From Candidatus Marinacidobacterales bacterium (lineage in GTDB: Bacteria > Acidobacteriota > Vicinamibacteria > Marinacidobacterales > DATDRI01), in assembly GCA_965222425.1 (NCBI GenBank), contig CBDCTW010000005.1, positions 122,247-186,246 of the forward strand: a stretch of 64,000 bases of DNA. The letters run 5' to 3'. Every line of letters starts with the position of its first letter. Within the stretch, counting starts at the first letter, position 1. Shown here one piece after another: positions 1 through 9,129 of the stretch. A program made the position numbers and the translations under genes. The notes beneath the pieces were generated by a model that was given only the letters and a program-made list of their open reading frames with translations, did no database searches and was not told the origin of the DNA.

Positions 1-102
1 GATGATGTCATCCACGCCCTTCTTCTCCATCTCATGGGCGACCTCGAACATTCCAAAGTTCTTGTCGATTTGAGTTGCCAATCGATTCGCGGGCCATTTC
101 AT
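1..102 (-). CDS. PLP-dependent aminotransferase (class I/II-like), first 34 codons only; runs off the window edge
   Basis: Minus-strand ATG at 102..100 preceded by GGGGAG. Translation MKWPANRLATQIDKNFGMFEVAHEMEKKGVDDII resembles the N-terminal segment of aspartate-type aminotransferases. Too short to be sure. Confidence 0.3.
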   Translation of the reverse strand, partial: MKWPANRLATQIDKNFGMFEVAHEMEKKGVDDII

Positions 103-125
103 CGTTTCTATGCTCCCCAGCTTGG

Positions 126-560
126 CTAGTGCCTAGGTGTAGACTCAGGCTCCAGCTCGAAGTACGGCAAGTGCGTTCCTTCGATCTCTTCGAACCGGAC
201 TCGCACTCTCGAGCCGATGCTTGCAGTGCGATCTCCGGCAACGATCTTGCCCACGATGCGTGGGCCTTTATCCAAATCGATCAGTCCGACGGTGTAGGGC
301 ACTTTGTCTTCAAGGTTCGGCCGAAACGCGTGGTGTACCACCGTAAAACTCCACACCGTACCGCGCCCCGAGAGCTCCTCCCACTGGTAATCACGAGAGT
401 GGCACTCCGGGCAGGCGGGCAAAGGCGGCAGGCGCACCTTGCCACAGCCGCCACAGACCTGCGCAACGAACCTCTTTTCCTGGCACGCCTGCCAAAAGGG
501 CCGGCTGTCGGGATCGGGAATAGGCAAAGAAGCGCGTTTCTCCATCTCAGTCACGTCCAA
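126..560 (-). CDS. Zn-ribbon / OB-fold protein (DUF35 family), partner of SCP-x type thiolase
   Basis: 144-aa ORF with a CGGCG...CPEC four-Cys rubredoxin-like knuckle followed by an OB-fold-like C-terminus. Overlaps the upstream thiolase-like gene by 14 nt, the typical DUF35-thiolase pair. Confidence 0.8.
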   Translation of the reverse strand: MDVTEMEKRASLPIPDPDSRPFWQACQEKRFVAQVCGGCGKVRLPPLPACPECHSRDYQWEELSGRGTVWSFTVVHHAFRPNLEDKVPYTVGLIDLDKGPRIVGKIVAGDRTASIGSRVRVRFEEIEGTHLPYFELEPESTPRH

Positions 561-1701
561 GGATCAAGCTACTATGCGTTGCAAAGATACCACCGCTTCC
601 GCTCACCAGCGCCACCTCCGCGCCCTCGACCTGCCGCTCGCCACAGGTGCCTCGAAGCTGCTTGACCGCCTCGGTCAGATGAAGGATTCCGTCCGCGTGG
701 GCCTGCGAGAGGAGCCCACCGTGAGTGTTCACTGGTAGTTTACCTCCGACCGCAGTGCCGACGCTCTCGACGTAAGGTCCGACTTCTCCCTTCTTGCAGA
801 ACCCATAATCCTCCAACTGGACGAGCGTCGTATAAGTAAAGGAATCATAGAGCTCGGCGACATCTACGTCCTTCGGTGTGAGCCCCGCCATTTTGAAGGC
901 CCGCGGCCCCGCTTTAGCCGCGCCACACTGGGTAAGCTCCGCGGAGGCCACGAAACGGTGCGTATGTTGCTGCGCGGCGCCGAGGATAATGGCGGGTCGG
1001 TTCGCGAGATCTCGAGCCCGTTCCAAAGACGTGATGATGAAGGCACCCCCGAAGTCGGAAATGAGCGAACAGTCGAACAGGCGAAAGGGCTCTGCTATCC
1101 ATCGCGATCGAAGATAATCGTCCATGGTGATCGATTTGCTCATCTGAGCGTTGTCATTCATCGTGGCGTGACGACGGGTCGTGACCGCGATAGCTCCCAG
1201 CTGCTCGTGGGTCGTACCGAACTCGTGCATGTGTCTACGTGCGAAGAGCGCGTAGGCCGGGGCCGCCTCGACGAGGCCGAAGGGCTCTTCGAAGTCTTCA
1301 TATCCCCATCGAAACTTGCCGTGAGTGGGGCGACGCTCCTTGTACTGTGACCACATCGCCTCGGCACCGACGTAGAGGACCATCTGACACAAGCCGGCCT
1401 CGATGGCTCCCGCGGCCACCGCCGCCGCTGCACACGGTGTCGCACCGCCGATATGCAGGTCGAACGCGAACGAGGGTTGGATGCCGAGTGCCCCGGCGAG
1501 CTTGATCGTATGTAGAAATTCGGGGTCTCCGTAGGGTGCGTGACTCAGGATCCCGTCGATGTCACCGTAGGACAAGCCGGCGTCTCTGACGGCATTGTCC
1601 GCCGCTTCGACGGCAAGCCGGATATTCGTGAGGTCCTCTCGCTTCCCGATGCGGGCCTCGCCGATACCGACGACCGCGCAGCGCTTACTAGGGTTGAACA
1701 C
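547..1701 (-). CDS. Thiolase-like protein (SCP-x / non-specific lipid-transfer type thiolase)
   Basis: 384-aa ORF with thiolase-fold N- and C-domains (GATPCAAAAVAAGAIEAG, ...NTHGGLLSQAH...). Co-oriented with and overlapping the DUF35 gene. Confidence 0.85.
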   Translation of the reverse strand: MFNPSKRCAVVGIGEARIGKREDLTNIRLAVEAADNAVRDAGLSYGDIDGILSHAPYGDPEFLHTIKLAGALGIQPSFAFDLHIGGATPCAAAAVAAGAIEAGLCQMVLYVGAEAMWSQYKERRPTHGKFRWGYEDFEEPFGLVEAAPAYALFARRHMHEFGTTHEQLGAIAVTTRRHATMNDNAQMSKSITMDDYLRSRWIAEPFRLFDCSLISDFGGAFIITSLERARDLANRPAIILGAAQQHTHRFVASAELTQCGAAKAGPRAFKMAGLTPKDVDVAELYDSFTYTTLVQLEDYGFCKKGEVGPYVESVGTAVGGKLPVNTHGGLLSQAHADGILHLTEAVKQLRGTCGERQVEGAEVALVSGSGGIFATHSSLILGRD

Positions 1702-1763
1702 CGAGGGAAGATATCAATAATTGTGCGGCTTATCAAAGCCTCTGGGAATCTCGGGGCAGGAAC

Positions 1764-1854
1764 TTCGAGCCGGTCGTGGCCAGCTTGGTCCCTGCGCTCC
1801 GGGCGGCGCGGATCGACCCGATCATCACTCTTCGTTACGAGTAGGAGATCGTGC
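1764..1854 (+). pseudogene. C-terminal remnant of an FtsX/MacB-type ABC permease
   Basis: Reading frame ending at TAG 1852-1854 gives ...NFEPVVASLVPALRAARIDPIITLRYE*. This is the conserved extreme C-terminus (PA-x-RAA-x-(V/I)DP...LR-x-E) of FtsX-like permeases. Nothing upstream resembles the rest of the protein. Confidence 0.45.
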
Positions 1855-2289
1855 ATCGACTCCCCAACTCCCAAATTATCGAGGGACTGGCGATCGAGCG
1901 GGCGCCCTAGCCGGGTGTCCGATTCCGGACAGGGTGACTCCCGTTCAGGGAAGCTGGTGGGATCCCGGCTGCTTTTGATCTCTCGCCATCTGGCGTGATA
2001 AACGCACCGGTCTTGGGAGCTTTGTCTCTGATCCCGGCGGCGTGCTCTCTTTCACGTCTATCTAAATCGAGCTATGCCTAGACCGCCGAATAGGTTGGGA
2101 CGGATGGGTGTCTTCGCAGTTAGCCCGCACGCAAGGCCGGTCTACACGACGGCGAAGGTCAACGGCGCTCTCGTTGACTTTGCCGACCACCCTCCCATTG
2201 GTACGCTCCCGAACCACTGCCGAGCTAAAGGCGCCCACCTGGTAGCCGTTTCCCGTTGCCGCACGTCATCGGTGGCTTGAGGCAAGGCG

Positions 2290-2835
2290 ATGGACAAAAT
2301 CGGTAAATACGAGGTTCTTGGAAAGCTCGGCGAAGGTGCCATGGGGGTGGTTTACAAAGCCCTCGACCCCTTGATGGAGCGCGTGGTCGCGATCAAGACC
2401 ATGTCCGGCGACCTAGACAACGAGCCTGAGCTCAAGACCCGGTTTCTGCGCGAGACCCGATCGGCAGGCAAGCTCTCCCACAAGAACATCATTACTATTT
2501 ATGAACTCTTCGAGGAAAACGGCCGTGTCTACATCGCGATGGAATACCTTGATGGTGAGGAGATCAAGGCCAAGATCGCACGCCGTGACCAGATTCCACT
2601 GGAGCACAAGCTGCGGTTCATGACCGAGATCTGTGAGGGGCTCCACCACGCCCACCAGATGGAAATCATTCATCGAGACATCAAGCCAGGAAACATCCAC
2701 GTCACCCGTGCCGGCCACGTCAAGATACTCGACTTCGGCCTGGCCCGTATCGCCTGTACGTCGTCTTCGAAGGCCACCCTCCGACCGTTGGGCGGCACCA
2801 CGCCTTGTTCGATCGAGAGCACCATCCGCGCCTGA
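2290..2835 (+). pseudogene. Ser/Thr protein kinase, truncated just after the DFG motif
   Basis: GKLGEGAMGVVYKA (Gly loop), VAIK, HRDIKPGN and ILDFGLARI are present. After DFG the sequence degenerates and stops (181 aa). No APE or GT-P-x-Y motif appears in any frame downstream. Confidence 0.7.
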
Positions 2836-2842
2836 AGAGTTC

Positions 2843-2871
2843 TTGACTAATCGTTCCACAATGGCTACAAT
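2843..2871 (+). promoter_or_regulatory. Sigma-70-like promoter for the TetR-trxA-panE unit
   Basis: TTGACT (2843-2848), 17-nt spacer, TACAAT (2866-2871). It lies 21 nt upstream of the TetR ATG, with GAGG before the start. Confidence 0.45.
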
Positions 2872-2891
2872 GCGGGTCCGTCGAGGTAGCT

Positions 2892-3491
2892 ATGGCGAGG
2901 CCTAGAGAGTTCGACCGCGAAGAGGTCCTGGATCACGCCATCGAGGTGTTCTGGCAGCACGGGTACGAGGGGACCTCGGTACAAGACCTGGTCGATCACA
3001 TGGGGATTAACCGGGGCAGCCTCTACGGTGCCTTCGGTGATAAGCACCGGCTGTTCCTTGCCGCGCTGCATCGTTATGAACAGACCTTCCACTCGACGAT
3101 CTTGGAGAGGTTGGCGCAAGGCGGATCGGCGATGCGAGCTGTCCGGCGCGTCTTTGAAGATGTGGTTCGAGAGTGTTCGTGCGACGAAGGTCGAAAGGGC
3201 TGCCTGATGACGAACTCCGCTATCGAGCTCGCCGCACACGATCGCGACACCGCCGCGCTGGTCGCGGCGAATTTCTCACGGCTCGAAGAGACCTTTCTAA
3301 GCGCGCTTCGCACCGCGCAGTCCGACGGCGAGCTCTGTGAAAAACAAGACCCCAGGGCGCTGGCACGTTTCCTTACCAGCAGCCTTCAGGGTCTACGAGT
3401 CATGGGGAAGGCGTGCCCGGATCGGGTGCTTCTCCGTGACGTGGTACGAGTGACTCTTTCCGTTCTGGAAGAGACTCAAGGAGATAAGTGA
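2892..3491 (+). CDS. TetR/AcrR family transcriptional regulator
   Basis: N-terminal HTH signature ...AIEVFWQHGYEGTSVQDLVDHMGINRGSLYGAFGDKHRLF. 199 aa. Confidence 0.85.
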   Translation: MARPREFDREEVLDHAIEVFWQHGYEGTSVQDLVDHMGINRGSLYGAFGDKHRLFLAALHRYEQTFHSTILERLAQGGSAMRAVRRVFEDVVRECSCDEGRKGCLMTNSAIELAAHDRDTAALVAANFSRLEETFLSALRTAQSDGELCEKQDPRALARFLTSSLQGLRVMGKACPDRVLLRDVVRVTLSVLEETQGDK

Positions 3492-3832
3492 TGGCAGAGA
3501 ATGCGAAATACGTGACCTTGACCGAGGAGAACTTCAAGAGCGAAGTGCTCGAAAGCGGAAAGCCGGTGCTGGTGGATTTCTGGGCTAGCTGGTGTGGCCC
3601 TTGCCACATGATCGCACCCGCCATCGAAGAGCTGGCTTCCGAGTTCGACGGGCAGGCTACGGTGGGAAAGCTCAATGTCGACGAGCAGCCCGGTGTCGCC
3701 GCGCAGTACGGGATTCGATCGATTCCTTCCTTGCTGTTCTTCCAGGACGGCAAGGTCGTGGATCAAGTCGTAGGAGCCGCTCGCAAGAAGGCGCTGGCCG
3801 ATAAGTTAACCCGCTTAATCCCGGTCGCCTAG
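3488..3832 (+). CDS. trxA: Thioredoxin
   Basis: WCGPC active site, about 110 aa with thioredoxin-fold order. The start (GTG 3488 or ATG 3491) overlaps the TetR stop. Confidence 0.9.
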   Translation: MMAENAKYVTLTEENFKSEVLESGKPVLVDFWASWCGPCHMIAPAIEELASEFDGQATVGKLNVDEQPGVAAQYGIRSIPSLLFFQDGKVVDQVVGAARKKALADKLTRLIPVA

Positions 3833-3867
3833 TAAGACAATTCAATGCGCAAGTATGCTGAGTCGCA

Positions 3868-4788
3868 ATGAAGATTGCCATCTACGGAGCAGGCGGCGTG
3901 GGAGGATACTATGGGGCTCGCCTGGCTCAGGCGGGGGCGGACGTTCATCTGATTGCGCGGGGAGCCCACCTTCGCGCGCTCAAAGAAGAAGGTCTCAGAA
4001 TCCGTAGTCCCAAGGGAGACGCCGAGCTTCGGCTACCCGCAACCGAGAACGCAGAGGATATCGGTCCGTCGGACTATGTCCTGTTCTGCGTCAAGTCCTT
4101 CGACACCGAGAAGGCTGCGGCCCGGTTGCCATCCCTCCTCAAAGCCGACACCGCGGTGATATCTCTCCAAAACAGCGTGGACAACGAGGAAAAGATCGGC
4201 GCTGCGGTCGGCCTCGATTACGTAATGGGCGGAGCATCATTTATCATGTCGACGATCTCCGAGCCGGGTGTCATCGAGCACGTCGGGGAGCTATCGCGCA
4301 TGGTTTTCGGCGAGCTGGACGGAAAACCGAGTGATAGAGCCGAACGGTGGCTGGCCCTGTGCCAGGAGGCAGGAATCGAAGCCGAGCTCTCCTTAAACGT
4401 TCGCTCCGTGCTGTGGAACAAGTTCGCCTTCATCTGCGCCTTCGCAGGGATGACCGCTGCGACCCGCCTTCCGGTTGGCTCGATCCGGGAAGACGAACAT
4501 GCTATGAAGCTCGCCAGGGGCACTATGGAAGAGGTCGTCGCCGTGGCTCGAGCGGAAGGCGTCGGCCTTCCAGAGGACGTGGTCGACAAGTTGCACGAAT
4601 TGGCCATGCAGCTGGACCCGGAATCCTATTCGTCCCTTCATTATGATCTGACGCACGGAAAACCGATGGAACTCGAAGCCCTACATGGCACCGCCCTACG
4701 GCTGGCGAGAAAGCACGGAATCGATACACTCCGGTTGGAGATCGTCTACGCAATACTGAAACCATGGGCGGTGCGTAACCAAGGTTGA
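3868..4788 (+). CDS. panE: 2-dehydropantoate 2-reductase (ApbA/PanE family)
   Basis: MKIAIYGAGGVGGYYGARLAQAG Rossmann start, 306 aa, ketopantoate-reductase C-terminal domain pattern. Confidence 0.75.
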   Translation: MKIAIYGAGGVGGYYGARLAQAGADVHLIARGAHLRALKEEGLRIRSPKGDAELRLPATENAEDIGPSDYVLFCVKSFDTEKAAARLPSLLKADTAVISLQNSVDNEEKIGAAVGLDYVMGGASFIMSTISEPGVIEHVGELSRMVFGELDGKPSDRAERWLALCQEAGIEAELSLNVRSVLWNKFAFICAFAGMTAATRLPVGSIREDEHAMKLARGTMEEVVAVARAEGVGLPEDVVDKLHELAMQLDPESYSSLHYDLTHGKPMELEALHGTALRLARKHGIDTLRLEIVYAILKPWAVRNQG

Positions 4789-4842
4789 TCCGGCGATCAA
4801 GCTCGCCGGTCAGGCGGTCAACGGTCTTGAGAGGAAGCCTCG

Positions 4843-5200
4843 CTATTCCCGCCGAATGACCTCGCCGGGAAACCGGCCGGTCGTCTGGCCCTCATCGTAG
4901 ACCACTTCGCCACTGACCCAGACTCGCTCGATACCGGTGGAGAAGAAATTCGCGAGCGGAAAGGGCGATTCTCCGTCCTGACCCACGACCACCGTGGTGA
5001 TCCCCTGGCTGACTGCGGCCAAAGCATCCGGGCGCTCGAAGATGTCGCTGTCCGCGTACGAGTGGGTATCGATGAAGCCCGGAGCGAGCGTCAGCCCGGT
5101 GTTGACGATGAGCGTCGACCTGGGCGCCGGTTCTCGAGACCCACAGGAAATAACGGATTAGCCCTAAGAGGCTGGCGATCAGCCCGGCGCTCGTCTTCAT
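4843..5200 (-). pseudogene. Amidohydrolase (D-aminoacylase-like) remnant: frameshift plus large internal deletion
   Basis: MKTSAGLIASLLGL (frame 1) shifts to ...VISCGSREPAPRSTLIVNTGLTLAPGFIDTHSYADSD...GITTVVVGQDGESP. This joins directly to the family C-terminus ...GIERVWVSGEVVYDEGQTTGRFPGEVIRRE*. About 110 codons remain of a family that is normally about 480-530 aa. Confidence 0.5.
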
Positions 5201-5293
5201 AGTGTCTTAATTAGAGAGGGCAGTCTGGAAGTCAAGGGATACACCGGTGTGCTCCTGCGAGGACACTGTCACCTGGATGCTCCGAGTGGCTTT

Positions 5294-5955
5294 TCATCCG
5301 AAGCGCTTGATACACAGCGCCTTATCCTTCCCGGCGGTAACTGGCATGGTTGCTGCAAAACTCAAGGACCGAAGGTAGGTCCGGCCCGGGAAGCGGGAGG
5401 GATGGCTTACACGGGGGCTCGCTCTCGTTTCCCGGCCGGCCCTTAACGTTACCCCCTCTTCTTCCACCGGCGCCCTCCCGTTCCAAATGCTACGGTGGAT
5501 CTTCCACTCACCGTCTTCCTGACGCTTCAGTATTCGAACCATGTGGTAAGTCGAGTGGACCTCTTGTCCTTCCGGAGTCCGCATGGTGCCCGAAACGGTT
5601 CCCCACTCGAACGCATAGTCGCCAACAACCTGAACCTCTTCGAAATCCTGGACGTACTCGAGGATATCCACTCCCGTCAACTGGGTGGAAATTTTCTCGA
5701 AGTTCTTGTCCAGCTCCTCCTTGCCGCGAATCCACTCGCTTCCTGGGGGCATCATGACCGCGTCATCACTCATGAGCGAGCGCAGCACCGGTGCGTCTCT
5801 CGCCTTGGCAGCGCGGCCATATCCCGTTGGTGAAGCCGCTCGATGGCCGCTAAGTCCACCTCCCGCCTATCCTCCTCTGTTGTATCGGGTTTCGCTCCGC
5901 CGCATGACATGAGTAGTCCCGCCACGATTAACCCCGCTGAAGAAAATCGCTTCAG
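5294..5955 (-). pseudogene. SnoaL-like / DUF4440 (NTF2-fold) protein, probable lipoprotein, frameshifted near the N-terminus
   Basis: The 164-aa ORF (5294..5788) carries the NTF2-like body. An upstream frame encodes (L)KRFSSAGLIVAGLLMSCGGAKPDTTEEDRREVDLAAIERLHQRDMAA (lipobox LMSC). It joins the body (AKARDAPVLRSL...) only after a 1-nt shift around 5805-5818. The start is uncertain: ATG at 5910, or CTG at 5955 preceded by GGGGAG. Confidence 0.45.
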
Positions 5956-5970
5956 CCTGCTGCTCCCCGC

Positions 5971-7047
5971 TTGCCCTTTCTTCCCGCTCTGCCTAAACTA
6001 CCCACCGTGAGCATACCAAAGCCGCCGACCGACTCTTTCGGTCGGCCGATGCGCAATTTGAGGCTATCGGTGACCGACCGATGTAACCTCCGCTGCCAGT
6101 ACTGTATGCCGGAGGCCGAGTACGTCTGGCTTCCCCGAGAAGACCTCCTCACGTTCGAGGAGATGGGCCGCCTGGTGGATGTCTTTACTGATCTCGGCGT
6201 AGAAAAGCTGCGACTCACCGGCGGAGAGCCGCTGCTCAGAAAAGACCTCCCCGTGCTCGTGAGTCTATTGACCCAAAATGCCCGCATCAAAGACTTGGCC
6301 ATCACGACCAATGGCGTACAGCTAGCCGGACAGGCTCGTGCGCTTTTCGAGGCCGGACTCAGCCGTGTGACGATCAGTCTGGATACCCTCCGCCGTTCGC
6401 GTTTCCAGGCCATGAACAACCGAGATTATCTCGACGAAGTTCAAATGGGAATCCGCGCCACCAAGGATGCGGGATTCAAGATTTTGAAGATCGACACCGT
6501 CGTCATCCGCGGAACAAACGAGGACGAACTCGTCGACTTGATCGAGTACGGCAAAGAAGTCGGCGCGGAGGTACGCTTCATCGAGTACATGGATGTCGGT
6601 GGAGCAACGAAGTGGTCGATGGAACAAGTTTTCTCTCGATCCGAAATCCTGCAGTCACTCGAGCAACGATACGGCTCAGTCGAGCGCCTGACCAAAGGGC
6701 AGGACCCCTCCGCTCCCGCCGAGAGGTATGCTTTACCCGATGGGACGGTTTTCGGGATCATCTCCTCCACGACACGCCCCTTTTGCCAAAGCTGTGACCG
6801 AAGTCGGCTCACCGCGGATGGCCAATGGTATCTCTGTCTCTACTCCCACCAGGGCATTGACTTGCGACGGCCGCTCCGGCAAAATGCTTCCGGGGAAGAG
6901 CTCCGAAGCATCATCGAGTCCAACTGGTTTCGGCGGAACGATCGCGGCGCGGAGGAACGTCTGGGGATTGCGGCGAGGGCTCCTCTCGTCGAAGCGGACG
7001 GGCTGCGAAAAAACCCGCATTTGGAAATGCATACCCGCGGGGGCTGA
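5971..7047 (+). CDS. moaA: GTP 3',8-cyclase (molybdenum cofactor biosynthesis protein A)
   Basis: Radical-SAM CNLRCQYCMP motif, FIEYMDVGG, and C-terminal CQSCDRSRLTADGQWYLCL cluster. The true start is probably GTG at about 6007. Confidence 0.9.
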   Translation: MPFLPALPKLPTVSIPKPPTDSFGRPMRNLRLSVTDRCNLRCQYCMPEAEYVWLPREDLLTFEEMGRLVDVFTDLGVEKLRLTGGEPLLRKDLPVLVSLLTQNARIKDLAITTNGVQLAGQARALFEAGLSRVTISLDTLRRSRFQAMNNRDYLDEVQMGIRATKDAGFKILKIDTVVIRGTNEDELVDLIEYGKEVGAEVRFIEYMDVGGATKWSMEQVFSRSEILQSLEQRYGSVERLTKGQDPSAPAERYALPDGTVFGIISSTTRPFCQSCDRSRLTADGQWYLCLYSHQGIDLRRPLRQNASGEELRSIIESNWFRRNDRGAEERLGIAARAPLVEADGLRKNPHLEMHTRGG

Positions 7048-7149
7048 GACCTCTTTAACTGTTGAGCCCCAATGCCTTCCGGGGATCTCCTCAACTTGTT
7101 AGCTTCTTCATACCGGAACGCTTAGCGGTTCCCTATCCTGGCGGTAGTT

Positions 7150-7988
7150 ATGACGTACCGACCGAGCGGTTGTGGAATCGGTCTCCGCAAAGAGCATTAC
7201 GATTTCGTCCTTTCCGAGCGACCGTCGATACCTTGGTTCGAGGTCATCTCCTAGAATTTTATGGGAGCGGGTGGACGTCCGCGACATATATTCTCGAGCG
7301 AGTGCGGCGTGACCGTCCGATGGCCATTCACGGCGTTTCTCTTTCGATCGGTACGGCGTCGCCGCCCGATCCCGATTACTTGAAACACCTCAAGGAGCTC
7401 GTCGGCTGGCTCGAGCCGGGCTTGGTGTCCGATCACCTTTGTTGGACCGGTATCGGTGGTCACAACAGTCACGACCTGCTGCCGCTTCCGTTCACCGCCG
7501 AAGCGGTTCGGAACGTTGCCAGGAACATTCGCGTGGTTCAAGAGACGCTAGGACGCCGGATACTCCTCGAGCACATCTCCACCTACATCGAGTTCAATCA
7601 TTCGCAAATGAGTGAGTGGGAGTTCACTCGCGCGGTGCTGGAAGCGGCCGACTGCCATCTCTTACTCGACGTGAACAACATCTACGTGAACGCGCACAAT
7701 CACGGGATCGATCCCCACCTTTACCTCGAGGGTATTCCGGACGACCGTATCCGCCAGTTTCACCTCGCCGGACACGAAGACCATGGAGATTTCGTCATCG
7801 ACACGCATGACCATCCGGCCTGCGACGAAGTTTGGGCGCTGTACCGAAAAGCAGTGGCCCGTTTCGGCCCTCAACCGACGCTCATCGAGCGCGACGCGCA
7901 TATCCCCGAGTTCCAGATGTTGCAACGAGAAGCCCAGCAGGCGCAGCTCATATTGGAGACGACCCGTGCCGTTCCCGCCATCATCTGA
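7150..7988 (+). pseudogene. DUF692-family multinuclear non-heme iron oxidase (MNIO; BufB/MbnB-like), disrupted
   Basis: From ATG 7150: MTYRPSGCGIGLRKEHYDFVLSERPSIPWFEVIS-TAG(7252-7254)-NFMGAGGRPRHI. A -1/+2 shift at about 7288-7292 then leads into LERVRRDRPMAIHGVSLSIG...DHLCW...LLEH...HLAGHED...IERD. The first ~70 residues of the ORF-track 308-aa ORF (7062..) are out of frame. Confidence 0.75.
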
Positions 7989-8808
7989 TAGCCCTCCTCT
8001 AGAAACTCTCCAGGCCGCGATGCTCGGCGAGCTAACGGGCGAGCAGACGTTTGGACCCCAGGCCCGCGCTCGCCACATCTGCAAACCTCCGCAGGGCACG
8101 GTGGAGAGCCGCTGGCACATCTATGCGTCCGGATATCTCGCCGGCATCGTCGAAGCCTTGGAGCACGACTACCCCGCGGTGAAGCGGGTAGTGGGAAGCG
8201 GTCACTTCGAGGCCCTGACCGAACGGTACTTCACCGCTCATTCACCACGGTCTTTCGATCTTCGGCACGCGGGAGACCGTCTTGCTCTTTTCTTAGAGCA
8301 AGATCCGTTGACCGAGAAGCTCCCTTTCCTACCAGATCTCGCCAAGCTCGAGCGGCTGCTTTCGGAGGCGTTCGTCGCGAAGGATCCGAAGCCTCTCCTC
8401 TGGAGCGAGCCCCAGGCGATGGCGCCAGAAGCGGTGTCCGATCTGCCGCTGGTATTGAACCCGGGGACGGCGGTCATTCGATCGGCTTGGCCGATCATCG
8501 ATATTCGCAATCTGAAGGACGAGAGCGATGAGAAGGTTTCCCTTACGGTCGAGGAATGTCCATCGATCGTCCTCGTTTATCGCTATGAGTTGCAAGCCCG
8601 CTGCCGGACCCTCGATGAAGAGGACGCCCGATTCATCGAGGTAGCGGCCGAGGGCGCGATCCTGGCGGAGATCCAAACCGCCCCCTTGAAGAACGACGAG
8701 GACGACGACAACCTCGTCACCGTCCAGAAACTCCTGGAGTGCTTTTGTCGACTGGTTGACGAAGGCCTTTTCTTGAAAGCCGGGAGGTCGCATGGTGCGG
8801 CCTTCTAA
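7966..8808 (+). CDS. DUF2063-family protein (BufC-like MNIO partner)
   Basis: In-frame GTG at 7966 with GGAG upstream, overlapping the MNIO stop. The body ...RWHIYASGYLAGIVEALEHDYPAVKRVVGSGHFEALTERYF... matches the DUF2063 N-terminal domain pattern. Sits directly downstream of DUF692, as in known MNIO operons. Confidence 0.65.
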   Translation: MPFPPSSDSPPLETLQAAMLGELTGEQTFGPQARARHICKPPQGTVESRWHIYASGYLAGIVEALEHDYPAVKRVVGSGHFEALTERYFTAHSPRSFDLRHAGDRLALFLEQDPLTEKLPFLPDLAKLERLLSEAFVAKDPKPLLWSEPQAMAPEAVSDLPLVLNPGTAVIRSAWPIIDIRNLKDESDEKVSLTVEECPSIVLVYRYELQARCRTLDEEDARFIEVAAEGAILAEIQTAPLKNDEDDDNLVTVQKLLECFCRLVDEGLFLKAGRSHGAAF

Positions 8809-9103
8809 CTCGTGGAGGATTCAACTGAAGAAGCCCAGTCCAAGATCACTTCTGGTTGCCTCTCTGGCCGGTGTTCTCGCCGTGCCGTTGGCGATGGCAA
8901 CCTTCGGCGGCACTACCGCTGCCCATGAGATTGAGGAAGTCCTTTGTTACGGCGTGAACAAATGTAAGGCTACCGGCGACTGCGGTGGCAAGGGACACTC
9001 CTGCGCCAATCAAAATGGCTGCAAGCGTCAAGAGTACCTTGACATGGACAAGGAGCTCTGCCTGAAGATAGACGGTGGACGCCTGACTTCGGGAGCAGAG
9101 TAG
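8792..9103 (+). CDS. Secreted Cys-rich RiPP precursor, bufferin (BufA / DUF2282-like) type
   Basis: GGGAGG then ATG. Sec signal ...SLLVASLAGVLAVPLAMA, then a core with six Cys: LCYGVNKCKATGDCGGKGHSCANQNGCKRQEYLDMDKELCLKIDGG. It overlaps the DUF2063 stop. Confidence 0.65.
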   Translation: MVRPSNSWRIQLKKPSPRSLLVASLAGVLAVPLAMATFGGTTAAHEIEEVLCYGVNKCKATGDCGGKGHSCANQNGCKRQEYLDMDKELCLKIDGGRLTSGAE

Positions 9104-9129
9104 GCTCAAGTACAAACTCCAAAGGAAGA

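Noticed and set aside
7062-7149. ORF-track start of the 308-aa DUF692 ORF at 7062
   Set aside because: - The first ~70 residues (MSPNAFRGSPQLVSFFIPERLAV...) match nothing.
- The family N-terminus (GIGLRKEHYDFVL...WFEVIS) is encoded in another frame from ATG 7150.
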